This document shows, one piece after another, positions 1 to 12,128 of a DNA stretch of 64,000 nucleotides. The notes under the pieces are model-generated. The model was not told the origin of the DNA. It saw only the letters and a list, made by a program, of their open reading frames with translations, and ran no database searches. Source of the stretch: Rhynchopus sp. YZ270_cl-10 (Eukaryota); assembly GCA_964035575.1 (NCBI GenBank), contig OZ037843.1, positions 1,674,001-1,738,000 on the forward strand. The letters are read 5' to 3'. Position 1 is the stretch's first letter. The number at the start of each line of letters is the position of its first letter. The translations under genes were made by a program, and so were the position numbers.

Positions 1-1
1 C

Positions 2-340
2 TTTATGTTTGTGTTGGGTTCGCTGCACGCGGTCTCTTATGTTGTTGTGGGGATTGTGGAGGCAGTTATACTTTCAAACAACCCGGACCCGCCGCCGTTG
101 TCAAACTTTGTTATGAAGTTCGTGCAGGGCACCTGCACCGCCATTGGGGAACAGATCACTTTGGGTCGCAATGCAGCGTCAAAAACCTGGCTTGCCGACC
201 CCGAGCCGGTCACTAAGGGACTGGTAGGACTCGCAATCGTAGTGTATGAGATCGTTGCCTTCGCGGGGCCTGGCGCCCTCAGTCTCATCCGTGCAGGGCA
301 GGATCTGGTCCTGGATCAGACACATCGTGTTGCAGCGTAA
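2..340 (+). CDS. 3' end of a paralog of the large 4243-8982 protein (5'-truncated by window edge)
   Basis: Translation (...FVMKFVQGTCTAIGE...TWLADPEPVTK...LSLIR...HRVAA*) aligns with the C-terminus of the 4243-8982 protein (...FAMKVAQNFCTSFGE...TWLADPEPFTK...LSLIR...HRVAA*). Both stops are followed by GGCA. Confidence 0.9.
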   Translation, partial: FMFVLGSLHAVSYVVVGIVEAVILSNNPDPPPLSNFVMKFVQGTCTAIGEQITLGRNAASKTWLADPEPVTKGLVGLAIVVYEIVAFAGPGALSLIRAGQDLVLDQTHRVAA

Positions 341-680
341 GGCAACGACCGTGTTCTCCCTTGTTGCCTGTTATTGTGTCCAACGGAGTGGGGTTGTGTA
401 GAGATCTTATGAATGGAAGGTATCTATTTTTGCAATGATTCTGCCTAAAAAGGGGGCGAGGTGCTTGCAACGTTTCTTGTTTGTGTTCCCCAATGTCTTG
501 CTTCATGCACGTTTTTTGTGATTAACGGCTTACGATAAAACGAAAAAGAGTGTTTTATTGCATCGGTGACAGTTGAGTGTTCAGAACCTGCGTCACAGAG
601 GCGTTTGCACCTGTCATACTTCACTTTTATTCGTTTGTAGTGTCCTTGAAGTCCGTCAGATTATAGTATTTTTGTTCTTA

Positions 681-1439
681 GGGTAGTGTAACTTTTTCGG
701 TCTGTTACCGTTATTATGGTGTTCGAAAAAACCGGCGGGCGGCGGAGAAAAAAAGTTATGAAGAAAAAAAAGTTTTACCAGGGGAAAAAAAGTTATGAAG
801 AGATTTTCTTACATTTTTCCAGAGTTTTCTTCACAGTAAAATCCTTATTTTCGTGACGTGTAGCATTTTGTGTTTTCTCTTTGTCTGTTGGCTGGGTACC
901 TAGGTTCCTGGACACCGGGTGCCCGGTTCCCAGAACGGCTGGGTACCAGAAAGTTATAGGTACTACAGTGTGTACAGTGTACAGTGTACAGTGTACAGTG
1001 TACAGTGTACAGTGTACAGTGTACAGTGTACAGTGTACAGTGTACAGTGTACAGTGTACAGTGTACAGTGTACAGTGTACAGTGTACAGTGTACAGTGTA
1101 CAGTGTACAGTGTACAGTGTACAGTGTACAGTGTACAGTGTACAGTGTACAGTGTACAGTGTACAGTGTACAGTGTACAGTGTACAGTGTACAGTGTACA
1201 CAGCGTACAAGAAAACACTTGTGAAGGAAAACGACCTTTCTCTCGAGAAAAAATTGCTTACTCACCAAGTGATCGTGAGGTGCTATGGGTATGGGCCCTG
1301 TACAGCCCCACCCACATCTTTCCTATAGAACCTCTTCATAACTTTTTTCCCTAGGTACTTTCTACATAACTTTTTTTTCTTGGTTTTCAAAAAATCCGGC
1401 GGGCGGTAACGGTAACAGGCTGAATAAGTTACACTACCC
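681..1439. mobile_element. PIF/Harbinger-like non-autonomous element (MITE)
   Basis: Imperfect ~33-bp TIRs GGGTAGTGTAACTT...CTGTTACCGTTA / TAACGGTAACAG...AAGTTACACTACCC. TTA duplicated at 678-680 and 1440-1442. Longer subterminal inverted AAAAAGTTATGAAGA repeats. Absent from the homologous flank at ~11100-11180. Confidence 0.8.
971..1200. repeat. (TGTACAG)n microsatellite, ~33 copies
   Basis: Perfect 7-bp tandem repeat inside the 681-1439 element. Confidence 0.98.
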
Positions 1440-2779
1440 TTACTAGTAATAGACTTTGTTTTTTTTGTTTTTTGCATAAAATCGCAGCTTATATACGTGT
1501 GTCGCTTGCGATCAGTGATGAGGCGTTTTGCACTTTCAACTTCTCTTTTGTTTTGGTGAAAGCGAATAAGAAGTCAAAGTACAACGCAGTCATCCTCAAA
1601 AATAGAGTCAAAAATACGTCACCTCTCTAGTCTAGTTACAACAACACTAAGAAGCGAGAGGAGCCCCCAAGTTTGTTTTTTTTAAAGTCATTTTTTGTTC
1701 TTCCCCTTATTGCCAGTTGTGTGCACGTTCAGGAAGGCAACTTCCTCTTTAGCCCGTCCGTTAGGGAGTGGGTTGTGCATGCTCCGTTCCCTAACAAGGA
1801 ATGGTACAAAGGTTTTCACAAAGTAGCCTTCCTTCACCCAATGGGGTGTTGCCCTTCCCCTGAAACCCCCTGCAGCATGTTGTGCACGAAAGGCACATTC
1901 CATGTTACAATGTTACATTATCATCATCGTTGCTATTGTCTTCAGTCGCAGAGAGATACTAGTAAGGAGCGCCTCCCATACCTGCTAATCGAGAAACAAA
2001 TAAGTAAGCCAGCGGAGTGTCGGCGTGTGTGTGGTGATGTATTCTTGTTGCTCGTCTATTGTTTAAAAGAATATTGCATTTTTTTGTTGTGTTATCAAGC
2101 ATTGACGAATAGAAATGGAAAACGACGGATGGTGCGTGCCCGCTTTAGCGTATTGTTTTTCCACTAACATCACTCACATTCATCAGTGAAAAACACAAAC
2201 CTTTTGCGGTGCGATAAACGAAAAAGTGTTTTCTTTATTTCATTTAACTGTCATATCCTGAAGTCGTTTTCTATTTTTTTCCTTTGGCGCACTGTTCCGA
2301 GAGGGCTTTTGTAATTCAAGTCACATTTTTTTTTTTGCTTTCAGGAGAATGAGAAGGGACTGAGTAAGCACTGAGAAGGCTTCGATTCATCTTATGACCT
2401 GGTATCGGTTGATGCCCTTTTTTTGCTTAGGATCCCCGGTATCACATATGATACTGATTTCCATGGATACACATGAAAAGGGGTTCCGTGCTATTCACAG
2501 AACTCGATAGGCGATTGAGCTTATCTAACAACAACCAAAACAAAAGAAAGTACAAAGAAGAGAATAAAAAATGCAAGAAAAATAGACAAAGAGAAAAACA
2601 AAGAGATTTTGACAAAGTGAACAATAAAATTAGGATCATCTTATAAACCCCTTTTTTGCTTTTTTTTTTTTTTTTTTTTTGCATAATTTTTCTGCTTAAA
2701 ACGTTCTTGTGATTTCTGTTCTTTGAATGGAAAGCATAATATTATAAAAACAATCATTTCAGTGTTTGTTTTTGAAAAT

Positions 2780-3922
2780 ATATCTGCAGGTTTTCTCAAC
2801 GTCAACCTGCCCCCCCTCGCTCGACCAACTTATATTATGAACGATGTGAACGTGTTCCCCTAGCACGCACATTCACTTCTTCATCTTCATCTCTTGGATT
2901 TACTCCTTGTTTTGCGTTCTCTAGATTTGTGTGCACGTGAGGCACATTCATCTTCATCTCAAACCTTTCTTTTTCTATATTTCTTTTGTCACGCTTACCT
3001 ATACTGTAGGCGGGTTTAGTGCATCACGCATGTGTCCCTGCCTATTACCACGTTTGCTTGCTTTTCTACGTAGTGTGGTTCCACACCACTCAAGGTGGGG
3101 AACTGCTTTTCCCTGTTCTTGTTTTGAGGGAAGTCACTCTTTTTGTTTGTTTTTCGGGTTGATGTTGTTTTTTATACACTTCCCTAATGCTTTTTTCAAG
3201 TGTTTATTTGAAAGTACTGGGTGATTTATAAAGTTGTTAAAATAAAAATAAATAATTATTTTACCCCCAAAAATTTCCCCCAGGTAACAACCATTTGGTA
3301 ACAAAATAATTATTTTGTAAAATTAAAATAAAAATGTATCTGGCCCAGGTAACAAACCCGGAAAACTGTAAAATAAAAATTGGAAAAAAAACATCACCTC
3401 TCGCCTGACGTGGGGGTGATGGTGGTGAGGGTCAAAAAAGGTTCCTGGTAGAACCGTAACTGATCGCACCATAAAATCCTTTGCCTGCGGCGCCATTTTT
3501 CATTTTTGCTCCGCGTTCGTTGAGTGACTCGGTAGTGTGAAAGCTAGATTTTTACACCGTACCCTGATTTTTTTTTCGCCTGCGGCGCCATTTTATAAGA
3601 AGGTCCAGGTAACTGTTACTGTTATTTGTAAAAATAAAAAATATAAAGATCCGGAGGAAGAAGATGCCAGGTAACAAAACCGGAAAACTGTTTGTTACTA
3701 AAAAATAAAATTCGCTTTTTTCGGAGACACCCCCAGGTTACTTTTACAACAATCTGAATCACCCAGTACATGTATCTACATGTATATGAATTCATTGTTT
3801 TTCTTTTGTGTTTTGCCACGTCATCGTTTTCCTCTTCCTTTTCACCATAACCTAATTGGCGGTTTCTCTTGAAAGGATGTACGTGTCCACATGAGGGACG
3901 TTTGTCTTCATTTTATTGTATT
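2780..3922 (+). repeat. Intergenic block duplicated at ~13513-13993
   Basis: ATATCTGCAGGTTTTCTCAACGTCAACC... through ...TTTGTCTTCATTTTATTGTA is near-identical in both places, apart from a ~640-bp insertion in this copy. Confidence 0.9.
3217..3766. mobile_element. Tc1/mariner-like MITE
   Basis: TA|CTGGGTGATT...AATCACCCAG|TA with ~25-bp imperfect TIRs and internal CCAGGTAACAA repeats. Lies within the segment absent from the duplicated block at ~13865. Confidence 0.7.
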
Positions 3923-4242
3923 TTTTGTGTTTTTTTCAAAGGACCCACCTTCAACATCCATGCCAAGCATGACTCTGTAGGGTTCCCCACAGGTGCGTAG
4001 GTTTATCCCGCATCCTGTCAAATGCTTTCGTTCTTTTTATAGCTTTTCCTTCAGAAGAGATTTCTTTACTTTTTTGTTTTCTTTTTGAACCAACGTAGGC
4101 TCCTGCGTCTGAGACGCTTGCCCTTCAAAGCATTCCTCCACAACAGAACTGCTCCCTTCCCTCTGCTCTTTTGAACGTAACACAACCACTCCCACGCTCC
4201 TCACTACTCAGAAGACAAACCTTTTTTTCGTCGTTTTTGCAA

Positions 4243-7200
4243 ATGGGTTCCAATCCGGATCTGAAGCCAGGCGACAACAACAGGTCTGCCCTGGTGAGCG
4301 CGCAGGCCTTGCTGATGGAGAACTACACAACACCGTCACAGGCAGTCCCGCATGGGTCCTTCAGGTGCACATCGTACGCTCCTGTGGACGGGTCTGCCCC
4401 ACAGGCGCACATCTTCATCATCGACACTGACGACAACAAGACGGTGCGGCACTACCAAGAGGACCCCGCCAGCTTCACTGGCTGGACTGGTGAGGACATC
4501 GGTCTGAATGGGTCGAAAACTAAACAGCTGGTTGCAGGCTACGATGAGAAGGGACTCGTTCTGTTCTGTCTGAGCACCTCCCTCGAGGTGAGCTACATGC
4601 GTGCCCTCCCAGTCAACAAGAAGGGCAAAGTGACCTTCCTCCCCATGACGTGGACGACCATCGGGGCATTCCCGTCTAAGTACAGCTCGCACTCCACGAC
4701 GCAGGTGCTCTCGCTTGCCACAGACATGAAGCTGTACGCAGGGTGGGAGCGGACCGACACCAGCAGCGAGTATCTGGTGTGGCAGATCGACTGGTCGAAG
4801 ACGTCGGACAACTGGTCGCAGCTGCAGATGGACCACAGCCACAAGTACTTCTTCACCCTGCAGGGTGGTGACGACAGTGTGTACGTGTCGGTGTCCGACA
4901 GCAACGGGGACAATTTCTACATCAACCGTTACGAAGACAAGTCGTGGACAACAATCTGGACAAGCAGCAAGTACAAAAGCAAGCAGCTGGAGGCCACGAC
5001 ACTGCCGCAACAGAAGAACTGCCACGGGGTGTACTCACGCGACTCAAGCAACACGTTGCAGTGGCATTCGTACAACAGCTCCACAAAGGAGACGACGTCG
5101 ACGGAGCTGATGAAGATGCACGTTGAGGACTTCACTGTCGTGCAAGGGGAGACGTCTGAGTTCGAAAAGATCATTGCTGTGACGACGGACAACCTTCTGT
5201 ACTCCGTGTCGTACGACGGGACGGACTTCTCTGACCCCATTCAGGTGGGTGCAGCTGCGTCCGACATCATCGGTGCTTCCTTTTCTGGGGACACGAACCA
5301 CGCAGCACTGTTCTACTCGCACACTTCGGGGAACCTTGTGGAGATGACACAGAGCAGCGACGATGCGTTCCACCGTACACACGTGTGCGTCGAACCCGAC
5401 GAGACGTTCAAGGACCCAAGCGAGTCGTCTGGGATCGCTGCAGGGTACCACTATGGTTCCCCAGAGCTGTTCTCGATGTCGGGCTCGAAGATATACCGCT
5501 ACACTGCGAACTCAAAGGCAGACCTGCTTCAGCACCTTTGGACGAAAAACGATGCCGACTTCCCCGACAACCACACACCAGCCTCCATCTGCAACACGAC
5601 AGACAGCAAGGGCCGTATCGTGCTCTTCTGTGAGGACGACAAGGGGGAGGTGTGGGTGCGCACCTTTGGTGTGCCTCAGGGGTGGCAGTCGCTTGGGAAT
5701 GGACCTTCGGGCGGGATCTCCAAGGTCTTCAGTGCGGGGCTGGTGAATGACGTTGTGACGCTGATGTCAGTTGTGACGTTTACATCGGAGACGAAGGTGT
5801 ACAATGTGATCCTCACTGCTGGCGACGACTTTGGGAAGTGGGATCAGGCGACGTCGAACGACCATGGCAGTGCGACCAGTGTGTCTGTTGGGCCGAACAG
5901 CCACGCAGACGGGTTTTTCACGAACTCAAAGAACGGTGGGATCTACTTTTATGAGTTGGGGACCCTGAACTCGCAGCAGACGTACTCGCATTCCATCAAG
6001 TACGACACAGTGTACGCAACGCCGACCAGCACAGACGAAGTCATTGCGGAGTCGTCACACACGCTGCACTACGTGACCCCGTACGAGGACCAGCGCATCT
6101 CGTACCGTCAGTTCAACAACGGCAGGCTTTCGATGTACTACAACGAAGCAGAGCAGCTCGTGTTCTTGGACTCTGGCTACGGTGACTCGTACTACATCTA
6201 CCGCATCACGATGACGTCACCAGGACAGTTCTCCACCGACACAACGGCAGCGACAAGCTGCATTGTGGCCGTCGGACTCAGTGACGACGTCGTCTTTGGA
6301 CGTGACAATAACACGTACCCCTCGCAGTTCAAGTTGAAGAATCAGTCAGACCTCCTTCCGACGTACACCGTTCCCAGGCTCCAGCAGAAGACTGGAGACA
6401 ACAACGAACGTCCGCTGACGAAGTTTGCGTCGTGGAACATCAACTTCATGGTGACGGACAAGAACGGGGTCGGTATGGCGGGCCAAAAGGTGTCGTACAA
6501 GCCTGTTGAGGACGACGTGGTGCTGCGTGTGAACGGGAAGCTTGTGAGCGTTGGGCAGAGCGACCCGGAGATGGTTGCACACACAAACGCACGTGGTGCT
6601 GTCAACTTGATGAGTGTTGCTGACTCCCTGCACTGCCCTGTGTTCGAGGTGTGGACAGACCTGCACACCGACCTTGACGACGAAGCGACGTCTGTCCTTG
6701 AGCCGAACAACGAGGAGCAGCTGTACCTTGGGCAGGTGACGCTGGAGGAGCTTCAGGACGCAACCACACACGACCTGAAAGGGGACGGCAAGCGCGAGAA
6801 GCTGTTCCCGTCGGACCAGGAAGGGCTGAACCAGGACTTTGTGTTGGGACTGCACGCCACTGTGAACGCAGGCACACATTCGACAGACATCACAAACGCG
6901 TACGACCTGAGCTCCATCACCTCGCGCAACAGCAGGGGCACGATCCTCCACTCGACCACCCACGCACGTGCACACGAGATCCGCCGACTGGACCCAAAGA
7001 CCTGCGCGAAGACAAGCTTCCGCATCAAGTACCTCCGCAACGCAAAGGGGAAGAGGAGTGTTGAGTACGAGTCGCTTCCGCCAAACGTCGTGTCCACGAT
7101 TATCGATGACATGGACGGTGAGCCGTACACAGGCACGTACGGTGAGCTTATGGCGAGTGCGAACTCAGGCTTCGTGGACGTGACAGGCACAGCCTTCGTT

Positions 7201-8982
7201 GGTGAGGATGCGACGAGGCCCAGTGGGAAGAAGGGTTTCTTCAAGAAGGGTCTGAAGGCTGCTGTGAGCTTCGTTGTGGGCGGCGTGAAGAAGGTGTGGA
7301 AGGGTGTGGTCGAGTTTGTTGAGGACGTGATGTCTGCTGCACAGTCGCTCTTTGCACACCTTGGTGTTCTGTTCGATAAGATGTTTGAGTGGCTCGGGTC
7401 GTTCTTCGCTTGGAAGGACATCCTGAACACGAGCAACCTCATTAGCATGTACGTCACAACATTTGCACAAAATGGGCAAATAATTTTCAACGGCCTCGGG
7501 AAAAAGTTTGACGAGGGCATCGACACACTGAAGGAGAAGTTTGGTCATGGTGCGCCTGATGACTATCCTGAGGTTGTGACCAAAGCAATGAACGACACTG
7601 CGGATGACGCCCTGGCTATAGCCAATGACGTGAACCAAGAAATTGGCGACCCTGGCAGGTCTCAGCAAGACACGAACAAGACCGTGTACGGCACAGACCC
7701 ACAGGCGACGTGGCTTACAGATATATTCACAGCTGTGGCGCCGACAATGGAGGACACTGACGTCTTTGAAGCGACTGAGAAGCTGGCGTCGCTTTCAAGC
7801 CAAATGACGTCCGACACGGAGGGCGCCATGAACGCCGCTGCTGACGGCCAGACGGACAATGCAGAAGACGTGTCGGAGAAGGTGAACAAGGAAGGCACGA
7901 GCTTCTGCCTGAACGACTTCCTGGACAACATGAGGAAGACCCTCGTGGACGCTGCTCTCGACGGCACGAAGTCTGCCGTAGATAGCTTCTTCAACCTAGC
8001 GGGAGAGATGCTGGAAGAGTACCTCACGATCATCACCAGGAAGGTCAAGATCCCCATCATCTCGACTCTGTGGAAAACCGTCATCACCGACGGCGACGAG
8101 CTCACACTGCTGGACCTCTTCTGTCTCCTGGGTGCTGTGCCTGCGACCCTGGCATACAAGCTGATGATGTTCGCCAAGACCGGCCACATCTACCCCCCAG
8201 TTGTGGCGAAGTCTGGAGACATCAAAAACAGCACTTACCAAGTCTCATTGGACCAGGTGTCGGACAGGCTGAATGGCATGTTCAAGGAGGAAGCCACACG
8301 CACAGAGGGGGCTGACGACGACGACGACGACAGTGATGACAGTGACGGCGGCCACGTTCTTATTATTGGATGTGTCTTTGGTTACGTGTACTCCGTTAAT
8401 TATGGAGTGATGGGCATTTTTGATGGAATTGAGGCTTTCACGGAGGTCAAATATGTTTCTTGGCTGCAGACCTTGAACTCCCTTATCGCCACCGTGGTGT
8501 CCTGCCCGAATTGGGTGAGCGGCGGCGGCGGCGGCACCTTTTGGCAGCAAAAGCAGCTGGTCGCAGAGGAGATTGCGTGGGTGATAAGCTTAGTGATGTT
8601 CTTCTTTGGCTTGGGTACATGGAAGAGCAATACGGTGGACCTGTCCATGTTTGTGTTTGGTATGTTTCACACATATTCGTATCTGTTTCTGACGATTGTG
8701 GACGCGAAGAACATTGACTGGAGCGACGCAAAGTTGCCGAAGTCCAGCTTCGCGATGAAGGTGGCACAGAACTTCTGCACCTCCTTTGGCGAGGCCTCGT
8801 GGTTCCTTCGTTCTGTAGCGTCCGCGACGTGGCTAGCCGACCCGGAGCCCTTCACCAAGGCAGCAGCAGGAATCAGCATTGTAGTGTGGGAGGTCTTCGC
8901 CTTCGAAGCGCCCGCCTTACTGAGTTTAATCCGTACACGCGAGGACTTCGTAATCGGGCGGAAACATCGCGTTGCAGCGTAA
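4243..8982 (+). CDS. Large uncharacterised protein (~1579 aa): beta-rich N-terminus, Ig-like segment, helical/hydrophobic C-terminus
   Basis: Intronless 4.7-kb ORF with strong GC3 bias. First ATG (4243) follows a pyrimidine tract. Trp/Asp/Ser-rich beta-type N-terminal ~730 aa; Big_1-like segment FMVTDKNGVGMAGQKV...HTNARGAVNL; several hydrophobic helices in the last ~300 aa. Paralog at window start. Confidence 0.92.
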   Translation: MGSNPDLKPGDNNRSALVSAQALLMENYTTPSQAVPHGSFRCTSYAPVDGSAPQAHIFIIDTDDNKTVRHYQEDPASFTGWTGEDIGLNGSKTKQLVAGYDEKGLVLFCLSTSLEVSYMRALPVNKKGKVTFLPMTWTTIGAFPSKYSSHSTTQVLSLATDMKLYAGWERTDTSSEYLVWQIDWSKTSDNWSQLQMDHSHKYFFTLQGGDDSVYVSVSDSNGDNFYINRYEDKSWTTIWTSSKYKSKQLEATTLPQQKNCHGVYSRDSSNTLQWHSYNSSTKETTSTELMKMHVEDFTVVQGETSEFEKIIAVTTDNLLYSVSYDGTDFSDPIQVGAAASDIIGASFSGDTNHAALFYSHTSGNLVEMTQSSDDAFHRTHVCVEPDETFKDPSESSGIAAGYHYGSPELFSMSGSKIYRYTANSKADLLQHLWTKNDADFPDNHTPASICNTTDSKGRIVLFCEDDKGEVWVRTFGVPQGWQSLGNGPSGGISKVFSAGLVNDVVTLMSVVTFTSETKVYNVILTAGDDFGKWDQATSNDHGSATSVSVGPNSHADGFFTNSKNGGIYFYELGTLNSQQTYSHSIKYDTVYATPTSTDEVIAESSHTLHYVTPYEDQRISYRQFNNGRLSMYYNEAEQLVFLDSGYGDSYYIYRITMTSPGQFSTDTTAATSCIVAVGLSDDVVFGRDNNTYPSQFKLKNQSDLLPTYTVPRLQQKTGDNNERPLTKFASWNINFMVTDKNGVGMAGQKVSYKPVEDDVVLRVNGKLVSVGQSDPEMVAHTNARGAVNLMSVADSLHCPVFEVWTDLHTDLDDEATSVLEPNNEEQLYLGQVTLEELQDATTHDLKGDGKREKLFPSDQEGLNQDFVLGLHATVNAGTHSTDITNAYDLSSITSRNSRGTILHSTTHARAHEIRRLDPKTCAKTSFRIKYLRNAKGKRSVEYESLPPNVVSTIIDDMDGEPYTGTYGELMASANSGFVDVTGTAFVGEDATRPSGKKGFFKKGLKAAVSFVVGGVKKVWKGVVEFVEDVMSAAQSLFAHLGVLFDKMFEWLGSFFAWKDILNTSNLISMYVTTFAQNGQIIFNGLGKKFDEGIDTLKEKFGHGAPDDYPEVVTKAMNDTADDALAIANDVNQEIGDPGRSQQDTNKTVYGTDPQATWLTDIFTAVAPTMEDTDVFEATEKLASLSSQMTSDTEGAMNAAADGQTDNAEDVSEKVNKEGTSFCLNDFLDNMRKTLVDAALDGTKSAVDSFFNLAGEMLEEYLTIITRKVKIPIISTLWKTVITDGDELTLLDLFCLLGAVPATLAYKLMMFAKTGHIYPPVVAKSGDIKNSTYQVSLDQVSDRLNGMFKEEATRTEGADDDDDDSDDSDGGHVLIIGCVFGYVYSVNYGVMGIFDGIEAFTEVKYVSWLQTLNSLIATVVSCPNWVSGGGGGTFWQQKQLVAEEIAWVISLVMFFFGLGTWKSNTVDLSMFVFGMFHTYSYLFLTIVDAKNIDWSDAKLPKSSFAMKVAQNFCTSFGEASWFLRSVASATWLADPEPFTKAAAGISIVVWEVFAFEAPALLSLIRTREDFVIGRKHRVAA

Positions 8983-11188
8983 GGCAGATGCAATGGGTAA
9001 CAACAATCTTTAAAAAAAATAGAAACCCGAGTCCCTTACTTCGCACAAGGAGTTGCTCCCTTGTGTTCCAATTATACCCGTTTCGTTGACTGACGAGCGG
9101 TAGCGGGAGTAGGACATCTCAACGTAGACCGCGAAATGGAAGTAAGCTGGGCGGAGGGTGGGCGTGGCGTGGATATATTCTGTTGCGACACGTGATTTTT
9201 CCAAGTTTTCAAAAAAAAAAAAAAGGATTATATTTCGTGCAACTAAATATCAGCCTTTTTGTTTTCGGCTAGCCAACTCTGCAACCGATTCAGAAATCAT
9301 GAGAGATGATTTCTGCAACCGACTCACAAATCATGTGATATGATTTCAATGTTATGCAAAACGTGACCATGACATTTAAAAATTTCTCCCGCCCGCCCAC
9401 ACCTTTGTTACTCCCTACGGTATCATGGTTCACGTTTCTCTTGGCTACCCTCTCGTGGGGCGGATACGCCTGCGTTCCCTTCGTTGTCGGGCACATCCCT
9501 CCCTGGTAAGGTCGTTGTGTCTGCCCTCTCCTGATCTGCCATCACGGTACCGCACTACTTCCTCCCGCTCTTCAGAGAGATCTTGGCGTGGATTCTCCCA
9601 TTCCTCGGCTGGCCTAGCAAGTGAACGCGCGTGATATACCTTGGCGGCTACGCTTGTTTCCATGGAGAAGTTATCCTCTTCACCTGGCCTACACTGATGT
9701 AGCTGATCTGCTGGATGGGCGCCAGATTGTCTGGGTGGTGACCCCCGCTTGGCGCCGTAGAGGTAGTTCACACTGGGCGTATTCATGGTGACGATGTACA
9801 TCGCGTTGTCTGTCCTCGTTTACGGCTGGTCGTCATCGCGAGGTGCTGAAGGTGCACACCGCAGTTTTCGCTACGACTGGCTGCCGTGCGGGTGTCTTCA
9901 GCGCGGAGCGTCTCAATGTGAAGCGGATCCGTGTGCACGATTCTACATGGCGCTGAAGGTGTACGACGCTGCTGCTGCTGTAGAGATGGCGCGTTCATCT
10001 AGGGTGCATGGATAAGACACAGGCACTTCTTCCGCCCTAGCTTGGGAATGTGTTGCAGTCGGCGGTCGGGATTTGTGCTGTACACATCGCTGCCACCACA
10101 GGAGCGGGCCGTCCTTATCTCGATCTACCTGGAAGTGATGCGCTGCATCGAGGCTATGTGTACTAGCTGCTTGCTGACGGTAGGCTTGCGCTCCTCCCCG
10201 AGACGTTGCTTCAAGTTTGCGGACCGACCACATCTATGAAGTGCAAGGGCAATGTATCGCCAGAGGGTTTGGATAGACATTGTCTGCGATCTTGGATTAA
10301 CGGAATGGCGAAGAGGCGCAAGGTTGTGGCTGTTTCTTTTTGAAAGAGGCTCACCAATACGGGAAAGGACTACGGTAAGCTGTCACGTGCGTCGTGTTTA
10401 CTTGCCTTTGGACAGGTCTCATACAAAACGAACTACTCTCTGTCTATATCACGTCTTGAGAGGTTCGTCATTCCCACTGTTCTGCAGACGCTGGCAGGGA
10501 CGAACCCTTTGACCTGGCTGGGTTTGCCATGGCCACAATAGTTCCTTTACACTTCAGGATTTAGTAGCCGTTCACAAGAGCAAGAAGTCGCTTACAACAA
10601 GTGCGTGACGCAAGTTTATTTTGGTCACGTGGCTATCGAAATCCATCTCTTCACGGCTCCAGGTTCGCTATGTACTGTCGGACGTCTTCCGGCTCCGGAG
10701 CAGTGAAGAGTCCTCTGCAAGACATTCTCACGGAGGTCCCCCCCCCCAACTGCGCGCAAACGGATTAGGGCCGGCGGGACACACTGTTCTATATGTCAAA
10801 GTTCTCTAGATTCAAACATTTCATCGATAACCAGCTTCGTTACTTAATTATTCTTTTATTTGGATTACGTTTTCGCGCCCCACCCTGGGGATTTCATTAT
10901 CTCTGAAGCTTTCTGGATTTCTCAAATTATCGTAGCGGTTCAGATCTCGAATTTTCATCTGAAATGATTACAGTGACGAGATCAAAACACGCACGATTCT
11001 TCCCATCGCAGTTGAGCGATTCGGTAAGCTCAAGCAAGCAAACAAAAAGGTTAAAGAGTTTGGCGTTACGAAAACAAAAAAAAAAAAAACTCAGCTTCAC
11101 TTTTATTCATTTGTCGTGTCCTGAAGTCCGTCATATTATAGTATTTTTTTGTTTTTTTTTTTTTTTTGCATAAAATCGCAGCTTATAT

Positions 11189-12128
11189 CAGTCAATAACT
11201 GAACCACCGGGACTTTTCTCCAAAGGTTCGTTGAACAAAAAACTGATCGTCAAAAAAAATTGTCCGACCCCGCGATTGAAAGATTTTGAGCAGCGGAATG
11301 CAAAGAAATAAAAATAAAAATAAAAATAAAAAAATTTTGAACTCCGGATTGGTGAATCCCAAAAAGTCGAAAATGAATTGCATGAATGCGACCCACCGAA
11401 TTTTTTCAAAAAAATCAAAACCCTGCGGGGATGGATTTCCGAGTCGATATCTTTTAATTGCGGGGTCGCACGATTTCTGGAAATGAGTAGAAGTTAAAAA
11501 TTCTTCTGTACATGGGTAGTTGTGGCTGTACACCGTGGAAAACGGCGTACAGCCAGTCTAAACTGACACATGCATTTTAGGTCAAAAATACTCATTTCTG
11601 AGCGCAAAGTGACGCCATCACAGCACGCACAGACTCCCGAGAACCGAAAAAAAAATTTTTTTTTCCCGATTTTTTGTAGGCAAAAAATGGCCACCAACCA
11701 GTACCCCTTCAGACTTCCCTTAAGACTTTGTACAGGGAGCCCCCTACACAAAAACCAGGTTCCAGGGGGGTCAGGAGGGTGGCTGCGTAACAGTGAGGGT
11801 CACTTTTTTTTCTTTGTCAAAAGTGATATTTTGACTGTTTTGCACGATCTGAATCCATTCGAACAATTTTTTTTGAATTTTGAGGATTTTTTAGTAAAAT
11901 ACCACCGCCCAGGCCTATACCTGAAAACTGGAAAAACTGGTTTTGGTCGAGGCCCTCACACATCTGAGGTGAACCAACGACATCAAAAGTTTTCAAAACC
12001 CAGCGGGAATGGGTTTCCGAGTCGATATCTTTTAATTGCGGGGTCGGACAATTTTTTTTGACGAGTAGAAATTAAAAAATTTTCTGTACAAAAACGGAAA
12101 AAAGTCCCGGTGGCTCAATTATTGACTG
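11189..12128. mobile_element. Non-autonomous TIR transposon (TA or ATAT target duplication)
   Basis: TIRs CAGTCAATAACTGAACCACCGGGACTTT / AAAGTCCCGGTGGCTCAATTATTGACTG. Empty site GCAGCTTATATACGTGT seen at ~1484-1500. Internal ~100-bp direct and inverted subterminal repeats. Confidence 0.88.

Noticed and set aside
793..1354. ORFs with TVHCTLY/VYSVQCT repeats (also 12691-13149, 18372-18714, 54451-55217)
   Set aside because: Translations of microsatellites.
4171..4242. Upstream non-ATG starts in the ORF track (4171, 14460, 47578, 55256)
   Set aside because: Eukaryotic context; these extensions are pyrimidine-rich leaders, and paralog comparison supports the downstream ATGs.
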